Of a stretch of 20,521 nt of DNA, positions 15,345 to 20,521 are shown piece after piece. The stretch is taken from the UHGV virus genome UHGV-0255412; one strand, 5' to 3'. The position numbers and the translations under genes were made by a program. Numbering within the stretch: position 1 is the first letter of the stretch; each line of letters begins with the position of its first letter. The stretch comes from a virus. The notes below the pieces were generated by a model, which saw only the letters and a program-made list of their open reading frames with translations, made no database searches and was not told the origin of the DNA.

Positions 15345-16241
15345 ATGCCTGCTGTTGACCTTTCCCAGTTACCGGAACCCGCCATCATCGCGGAGCCTGA
15401 TTTTGAGGCAATTCTGGCTGACACAAAGGCCATGATGATTGCGTCCTATCCTGCCGAACAGCGTGAAGCCGTCTCCGCCGCGCTGGAGCTGGAATCGGAA
15501 CCCCTGAACGTTATCGCTCAAACCATGTCGTTTCGTGAAATGCTGTTACGCCAGCGGGTTAACGAGGGCGCACGCGCCTGCATGTTAAGCCACGGTTCAG
15601 GGACAAACCTGGACAACCTCGCGGGCAATATGAACACAAAGCGCCTGGTTATCACTCCGGCAACGGATACCACCGACGCGGTGATGGAGAGCGACACCTC
15701 GCTGAGACTGCGGGCGCAGCGGGCGTACGACGGCCTGAGTGTTGCTGGCCCGTCAGGTGCATACGAGTATTTTGCACGCAGCGCCAGCGGTCTGGTGCGT
15801 GATGCGCGGGCCATCAGCCCGTCTCCGGCCTGTGTGACGGTTTCCATCCTGTCCACTGAAGGCGACGGCACAGCAACGGAGGCGTTACTTAATACCGTTC
15901 GCGCCGTTCTGAATGCAGAGGATACCCGCCCGGTGGCCGACCGCCTGACCGTACAGAGCGCCAGAATCGTGACATGGCGGCTGAATGCAAAACTGTACTT
16001 TTACCCCGGCCCGGAATCCGAACCTATTCTGGCCGCGGCTGAATCGTCGTTCAGGAAGTGGCTGGCTGAGCAGGGGCTTATCGGTCAGGACGTGGCGTTG
16101 TCCGCCATTGCTGCCGCACTGCATGTGCACGGTGTGCAACGCGTGGAGATAATCGAACCCACACAGAATATGGCCATCAGCGACATACAGGCGGCGCGCT
16201 GTGAGTCATTCACCATCAGCGAAGGTGGGCGCAATGAGTAA
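15345..16241 (+). CDS. J: Baseplate protein gpJ
   Basis: 298 aa. N-terminus MPAVDLSQLPEPAIIAEPDFEAILADTKA and blocks RPVADRLTVQSA and LHVHGVQRVE match recalled P2 J. Confidence 0.9.
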   Translation: MPAVDLSQLPEPAIIAEPDFEAILADTKAMMIASYPAEQREAVSAALELESEPLNVIAQTMSFREMLLRQRVNEGARACMLSHGSGTNLDNLAGNMNTKRLVITPATDTTDAVMESDTSLRLRAQRAYDGLSVAGPSGAYEYFARSASGLVRDARAISPSPACVTVSILSTEGDGTATEALLNTVRAVLNAEDTRPVADRLTVQSARIVTWRLNAKLYFYPGPESEPILAAAESSFRKWLAEQGLIGQDVALSAIAAALHVHGVQRVEIIEPTQNMAISDIQAARCESFTISEGGRNE

Positions 16242-16842
16242 TTCACTGTTACCACCATCAGCCAGCAATTTCATGCGTTGTGCCGAAGCCGTCGGAACAC
16301 GCATTACAGACATTCCGGTAGACCTCAACACGCTGTGGTCGCCGGACACCTGCCCGGTGCATCTGCTGCCTTATCTCGCCTGGGCGTTTTCCGTTGACCG
16401 CTGGGATCGCAACTGGCCGGAAGAGACAAAGCGACAGGTAATTCGTGATGCATGGCTGATACACCGACACAAAGGGACCATCAGCGCACTGCGAAGAGCC
16501 GTGGAGCCTCTCGGCTACCTGATTGAAGTAAAGGAGTGGTGGCAACTCAACGAGGAGCCGGGAACATTTCGCATTGTTGTCGGAGTACTTGATCAGGGCA
16601 TCACCGATGAAATGTATCAGGAACTTGAGCGCCTTATTGCGGATGCAAAACCAGTAAGTCGCCATCTGACGGGGCTGGCGATCAGCCTGAGTGTGAACGG
16701 AAAGATTTTCGTTGGTACGGGATGCTATCACGGCGATGCCCTGACGGTTTATCCCTACACCCCGGAGTCCATTATTGTCGAAGGGGATTATTTCCCTGCC
16801 CCGGCCATTCATTTAATTGATAATCTGAGAGTAAACGCATGA
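16234..16842 (+). CDS. I: Baseplate / tail-fibre attachment protein gpI
   Basis: ATG at 16234 overlapping the J stop (track ORF begins at an upstream GTG). Blocks NPDTCP, LLPYLAWAFSVDRWD and ELERLIADAKPVSRHL match recalled P2 I. Confidence 0.85.
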   Translation: MSNSLLPPSASNFMRCAEAVGTRITDIPVDLNTLWSPDTCPVHLLPYLAWAFSVDRWDRNWPEETKRQVIRDAWLIHRHKGTISALRRAVEPLGYLIEVKEWWQLNEEPGTFRIVVGVLDQGITDEMYQELERLIADAKPVSRHLTGLAISLSVNGKIFVGTGCYHGDALTVYPYTPESIIVEGDYFPAPAIHLIDNLRVNA

Positions 16843-18443
16843 CAGTGAAATACTACGCCATTCTGACTAATCAGGGCGCGGCACGACTGGCTAACGCGAC
16901 GATGCTCGGCAGTAAGCTGAATCTGACGCAAATGGCCGTTGGTGATGCAAATGGTGTGTTACCAACACCAGACCCTGCACAAACAAAACTGATTAACCAG
17001 AAACGCATTGCACCGCTGAATCTTCTGAGTGTTGACCCTAACAATCAGAGCCAGATTATTGCGGAACAAATCATCCCTGAAAACGAGGGAGGATTCTGGA
17101 TCCGTGAGATTGGTCTTTATGATGATGAAGGCGTACTTATTGCAGTGGCAAACTGCCCGGAAACGTACAAACCGCAGTTGCAGGAAGGCAGTGGACGCAC
17201 CCAGACTATCCGCATGATTCTGGTTGTCACGAACACCGAAGCCATCACGCTGAAAATCGACCCGTCTGTGGTTCTGGCAACCCGCAAATATGTGGATGAT
17301 AAAATCTCAGAGCACGAACAGTCACGACGTCACCCGGACGCCTCGCTGACCGCAAAAGGCTTTGTTCAACTTAGCAGCGCCACTAAAAGCACGTCTGAAA
17401 CGCTTGCGGCAACGCCAAAGGCTGTTAAGGAGGCATATGACCTGGCTAATGGCAAATACACCGCACAGGACGCTACCACTGCGCGAAAAGGTCTTGTCCA
17501 GCTCAGTAGCGCCACGAACAGCACGTCTGAAACGCTGGCAGCGACACCAAAAGCTGTTAAGGCGGTAATGGATGAAACGAACAAGAAAGCACCATTAAAC
17601 AGCCCGGCACTGACCGGAACGCCAACAACACCAACGGCGGCACAGGGGACTAATAGTACCCAGATCGCAAGCACAGCTTTCGTTATGGCCGCGATTGCCG
17701 CACTTGTAGATTCGTCACCTGATGCACTGAACACGCTGAACGAACTGGCTGCGGCGCTGGGCAATGACCCGAATTTTGCGACCACCATGACTAACGCGCT
17801 TGCGGGTAAGCAACCGAAGGATGCCACCCTGACGGCGCTGGCGGAGCTTGCTACATCAGCAGATAAACTCCCATATTTTACAGGGGCAGATCGTGCCGCG
17901 TTAACCGCGTTGACAAGTGTTGGACGTGCCATTCTTGGTAAAACCAGCACTCAGGGAGTTCTTGATTACCTTGGTTTAGGGGAAGGTTCGGCGCTGCCTG
18001 TTGGTGTGGCCGTTCCATGGCCCTCAGCCACGCTGCCAGCGGGGTGGTTGAAATGTAACGGCGCAGCATTTTCTTCTGAAATGTACCCCAATCTGGCAAA
18101 GGCCTACCCCACCAATAAATTACCGGATTTACGGGGTGAATTTATTCGCGGCTGGGATGACGGACGGGGCGTTGATAATGGGCGCAACCTACTGTCTGCA
18201 CAGTCTGACGCTATTCAGAATATAGTTGGCACTTTTGGGCGTACTCAGCTTTTTAAAGATGTGTTTAATTCAGGACCATTTAGTCAAACTGACTCTATAT
18301 TATCAGTAGGCTTACAACCAACTGAGATCATTGAAGGATATGGTGCTTCTGTATGGACATTCGACGCCTCTCGCTCAGTTCGCACAGCATCTGAAACACG
18401 CCCCCATAACATTGCGTTTAATTACATCGTAAGGGCAGCATGA
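16839..18443 (+). CDS. H: Tail-fibre protein gpH: constant N-terminal part fused in-frame to variable C-terminal cassette 1 (tail-collar-like tip)
   Basis: N-terminus and the duplicated QLSSAT(K/N)STSETLAATPKAVK motif match P2 H. The C-terminal ~150 aa (from GLGEGSALPVGV to NIAFNYIVRAA) belong to a cassette family repeated four more times downstream. Confidence 0.9.
   Translation: MTVKYYAILTNQGAARLANATMLGSKLNLTQMAVGDANGVLPTPDPAQTKLINQKRIAPLNLLSVDPNNQSQIIAEQIIPENEGGFWIREIGLYDDEGVLIAVANCPETYKPQLQEGSGRTQTIRMILVVTNTEAITLKIDPSVVLATRKYVDDKISEHEQSRRHPDASLTAKGFVQLSSATKSTSETLAATPKAVKEAYDLANGKYTAQDATTARKGLVQLSSATNSTSETLAATPKAVKAVMDETNKKAPLNSPALTGTPTTPTAAQGTNSTQIASTAFVMAAIAALVDSSPDALNTLNELAAALGNDPNFATTMTNALAGKQPKDATLTALAELATSADKLPYFTGADRAALTALTSVGRAILGKTSTQGVLDYLGLGEGSALPVGVAVPWPSATLPAGWLKCNGAAFSSEMYPNLAKAYPTNKLPDLRGEFIRGWDDGRGVDNGRNLLSAQSDAIQNIVGTFGRTQLFKDVFNSGPFSQTDSILSVGLQPTEIIEGYGASVWTFDASRSVRTASETRPHNIAFNYIVRAA
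17355..17562 (+). repeat. Internal tandem duplication in gpH (132-bp / 44-aa period; QLSSAT(K/N)STSETLAATPKAVK)
   Basis: Two near-identical units read directly, starting at ~17355 and ~17487; also present in P2 H as I recall. Confidence 0.7.
17959..17984 (+). other. Candidate Hin/Gin/Cin-family crossover site at the constant/variable junction of gpH (TTCTTGATTACCTTGGTTTAGGGGAA)
   Basis: 26 bp with 18/26 identity to hixL as I recall it (TTCTTGAAAACCAAGGTTTTTGATAA), including the TTCTTGA left end, the ACC-NN-GGTTT core and the terminal AA. Sits exactly where cassette homology begins. Confidence 0.5.
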
Positions 18444-18462
18444 AAACGTTGGTTTGGGGGGA
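18437..18462 (+). other. Candidate crossover site at the cassette 1 / cassette 2 junction (AGCATGAAAACGTTGGTTTGGGGGGA)
   Basis: hix-like AAAAC-GTT-GGTTT core spanning the gpH stop codon and the start of the next cassette; the same junction sequence recurs at every cassette boundary. Confidence 0.45.
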
Positions 18463-18930
18463 GGCTCTGCGCTGCCCGTTGGTGTACCTGTTCCATGGCC
18501 CTCAGCCACACCGCCAACGGGGTGGCTAAAATGTAACGGAGCAGCATTTTCTTCTGAAAAGTACCCCAAGCTGGCAAAAGCCTACCCCACCAATAAATTA
18601 CCGGATTTACGGGGTGAATTTATTCGTGGCTGGGATGATGGGCGAGGAATTGATGCAGCACGCGCTTTATTGAGCATTCAAACCGGGATGTTGGAAAAAC
18701 ACCGCCATATTGTTGTAGCTAACGATGGATATGACACAAAGGATGAATGGGAGTTGGCCACGATTTTCAAAAAAACATATACACAAGGCAGGGGGCTTGA
18801 TGCCACAAATACAGGAGGGAGTTTGATTCCATCACCAACGCTTCATTCACGAGGAAGTATTGGTAACACAGGTGGTAGTGAAACCCGCCCCCGCAATATT
18901 GCATTTAACTATATCGTGAGGGCGGCTTAG
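18454..18930 (+). CDS. Silent (promoterless, start-less) alternative tail-fibre C-terminal cassette 2
   Basis: Frame is open from 18433 with no RBS or ATG. First ~68 aa are near-identical to the C-terminal cassette of gpH, the middle is divergent, and the end is the conserved ETRPRNIAFNYIVRAA. Confidence 0.7.
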   Translation: MGGGSALPVGVPVPWPSATPPTGWLKCNGAAFSSEKYPKLAKAYPTNKLPDLRGEFIRGWDDGRGIDAARALLSIQTGMLEKHRHIVVANDGYDTKDEWELATIFKKTYTQGRGLDATNTGGSLIPSPTLHSRGSIGNTGGSETRPRNIAFNYIVRAA

Positions 18931-18936
18931 TTATAT

Positions 18937-19548
18937 TCAACTGGCTGCTGCCAGTGGTATTTCCGGCCAGTTGATATCTGATGCCATGTTTATATCCATT
19001 GCGTTCAGTGCGTCTATATAATCCAGCACGGCGTTAAGCCGGGTGGTTTCTGCCTGCGTCAACTTCCGCCCGGCCTGCAACTTCAACTGAATCAGACTAA
19101 TGGAAGCCATTGCAGTATCAATCAGCGACTGGCGCTGTGTTTCTGCCGCTTCTACTGCGGCGCTATGCTGTGCCTCGGTATCCGTCACCCATTTTTCACC
19201 ATCCCATTTATCGTATGGTGTTAACGGGGCGATAGTGGTTGTATTTTTCGGGTAGTCACCCAGCGTCGTGATTTCTTCGGTGTTTCCCGTATCAGTGCTA
19301 TAGACGGTTTCACCACGATGATCTGGCGTATACTCCCATGAATTTAAATTCTCCGAACGGCGGATAGCATAGCCCGCTTTATGTGCGCCCGGGGCATCTA
19401 AACAGGAATTTGCCGGAATACCGACACCCGCAGCAAGATATTCAGTTGATTCGGAAATATATTCCCGTGTCTCACCATCGTAGTTATAAACGACGATGTT
19501 TCCTGCCTGTACGGCAATAAGGTCATCATTTAATATCGCGTTATTCAT
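18937..19548 (-). CDS. Tail-fibre assembly chaperone (gpG / Tfa / Mu U-like)
   Basis: 203 aa on the minus strand, start overlapping the stop of cassette 3 (TAATG). C-terminal ...DALNAMDINMASDINWPEIP resembles the conserved Tfa C-terminus. Confidence 0.8.
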   Translation of the reverse strand: MNNAILNDDLIAVQAGNIVVYNYDGETREYISESTEYLAAGVGIPANSCLDAPGAHKAGYAIRRSENLNSWEYTPDHRGETVYSTDTGNTEEITTLGDYPKNTTTIAPLTPYDKWDGEKWVTDTEAQHSAAVEAAETQRQSLIDTAMASISLIQLKLQAGRKLTQAETTRLNAVLDYIDALNAMDINMASDINWPEIPLAAAS

Positions 19549-20006
19549 TATGCGGTTCTCACAATATAATTGAAGGCAATATTGCGTGGGCGGGTTTCAT
19601 TCCCCTCTGAGGATTCCGTTCTGTATTGACTGGTAAATCTACCGTTAATTGCACCTTGCCGGACGGCGTTATCTGTCGACAACAGACTATCCCCTCCTTT
19701 GTCATTTGGCACCAGTACCGTGTTATCCCACGCATCCCATGACCGAATATTATGATAATGACTTCCTGTTAACCACCCCTGCATGCTTAAGATGCCCCTT
19801 CCGGCATCCACCCCTCGCCCATCATCCCAGCCACGAATAAATTCACCCCGTAAATCCGGTAATTTATTGGTGGGGTAGGCCTTTGCCAGTCTGGGATACA
19901 TTTCAGAAGAAAATGCTGCGCCGTTACATTTCAGCCACCCCGTTGGCGGCGTGGCTGAGGGCCATGGAACGGGCACACCAACGGGCAGCGCAGAGCCTTC
20001 CCCCAA
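19548..20006 (-). CDS. Alternative tail-fibre C-terminal cassette 3 (inverted orientation), translationally coupled to the assembly chaperone
   Basis: Same conserved 5' (GEGSALPVGVPVPWPSATPPTGWLKCNGAAFSSE...LPDLRGEFIRGWDDGRG) and 3' (ETRPRNIAFNYIVRTA) ends with a distinct middle. No ATG; the frame is open back to the previous cassette's stop. Confidence 0.75.
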   Translation of the reverse strand: MGEGSALPVGVPVPWPSATPPTGWLKCNGAAFSSEMYPRLAKAYPTNKLPDLRGEFIRGWDDGRGVDAGRGILSMQGWLTGSHYHNIRSWDAWDNTVLVPNDKGGDSLLSTDNAVRQGAINGRFTSQYRTESSEGNETRPRNIAFNYIVRTA

Positions 20007-20023
20007 ACCAACGTTTTTATGCT
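19998..20023 (-). other. Candidate crossover site at the cassette 4 / cassette 3 junction (inverted orientation)
   Basis: Reverse complement reads AGCATAAAAACGTTGGTTTGGGGGAA, the same hix-like junction as at 18437-18462. Confidence 0.45.
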
Positions 20024-20445
20024 GCCCTCACGATGTAATTAAACGCAATATTACGAGGACGAATGGTTACATAATTAACCCCATCACCTCGTGAAGGCCC
20101 CGCAAATGAAAAACGGGAAAAGCCTGGTTGGTTAGAAACAATTTGGTCATAGTTATTGATTGAATGACCAGACCCAATGTCGAAATTACCTCCGTAATGA
20201 GAAAAACTTGTACCATCCTGCCCAGAAAGCAGGGTACGTCCCGCATCAATCCCGCGCCCATCATCCCAGCCACGGATAAACTCACCCCGTAAATCCGGTA
20301 ATTTTAACGTTGGGTAAGCCTTTGCCAGTTTGGGGTATTTTTCAGAAGAAAATGCTGCTCCGTTACATTTTAGCCACCCCGTTGGCGGTGTGGCTGAGGG
20401 CCATGGAACAGGTACACCAACGGGCAGCGCAGAGCCTTCCCCCAA
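20017..20445 (-). CDS. Alternative tail-fibre C-terminal cassette 4 (inverted orientation)
   Basis: Conserved 5' and 3' ends as in the other cassettes, with a different central region (…GQDGTSFSHYGGNFDIGSGHSINNYDQ…). Confidence 0.75.
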   Translation of the reverse strand: MGEGSALPVGVPVPWPSATPPTGWLKCNGAAFSSEKYPKLAKAYPTLKLPDLRGEFIRGWDDGRGIDAGRTLLSGQDGTSFSHYGGNFDIGSGHSINNYDQIVSNQPGFSRFSFAGPSRGDGVNYVTIRPRNIAFNYIVRAA

Positions 20446-20462
20446 ACCAACGTTTTCATGCT
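20437..20462 (-). other. Candidate crossover site at the cassette 5 / cassette 4 junction (inverted orientation)
   Basis: Reverse complement reads ...GCATGAAAACGTTGGTTTGGGGGAAGG, a hix-like core. Confidence 0.45.
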
Positions 20463-20521
20463 GCCCTTACGATGTAATTAAACGCAATGTTATGGGGGCG
20501 TGTTTCAGATGCTGTGCGAAC
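20457..20521 (-). CDS. 3' end of a fifth tail-fibre C-terminal cassette (inverted), truncated by the window edge
   Basis: Reverse complement of 20457-20521 translates to VRTASETRPHNIAFNYIVRAA*, identical to the C-terminus of gpH cassette 1. Confidence 0.6.

Noticed and set aside
17366-17950. 194-aa minus-strand ORF rich in Ala/Ser/Val
   Set aside because: It is antisense to the gpH repeat region, with low-complexity composition typical of a shadow frame.
17975-20521. Diversity-generating retroelement (template/variable repeat pair) as the explanation for the repeated tail-fibre segments
   Set aside because: The copies are whole cassettes with conserved ends and extensively different middles, in both orientations. 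They are not near-identical repeats differing mainly at adenines, and no reverse transcriptase gene is present in the window.
17975-20521. CRISPR array or non-coding tandem repeat
   Set aside because: The repeat units are ~450-480 bp, maintain long open reading frames with tail-collar-like protein sequence, and have no short regular repeat-spacer structure.
1-20521. Integrase, attachment sites or tRNA genes marking a prophage boundary
   Set aside because: None seen. The window is internal to the phage genome; in P2 these lie beyond gene A and the C/cox region to the left, outside this window.

Overview
This window is the left arm of a P2-like (Peduovirus-type) temperate phage or prophage from an enterobacterial-type host, identified from the translated ORFs and gene order alone (no database search was possible). 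It runs from the 3' part of replication gene A through an accessory island, then portal Q and terminase P on the minus strand, then the plus-strand late genes O-N-M-L-X, a lysis cassette, and tail/baseplate genes R-S-V-W-J-I-H. Three things stand out. (1) Downstream of tail-fibre gene H there are at least five alternative C-terminal tail-fibre cassettes in both orientations, joined head-to-tail by 26-bp sites that resemble Hin/Gin/Cin crossover sites; this looks like a multi-cassette host-range switching locus, and the recombinase must lie beyond the window. (2) Between gene A and the portal, where P2 carries old/tin, there is a ParM/ParR plasmid-partition pair with candidate centromere-like palindromes. 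(3) The same island holds an AT-rich segment with two orphan genes and unusual regulatory architecture, which I treat as candidate phage-defence cargo. No tRNA, rRNA, CRISPR array, integrase or att site was seen.
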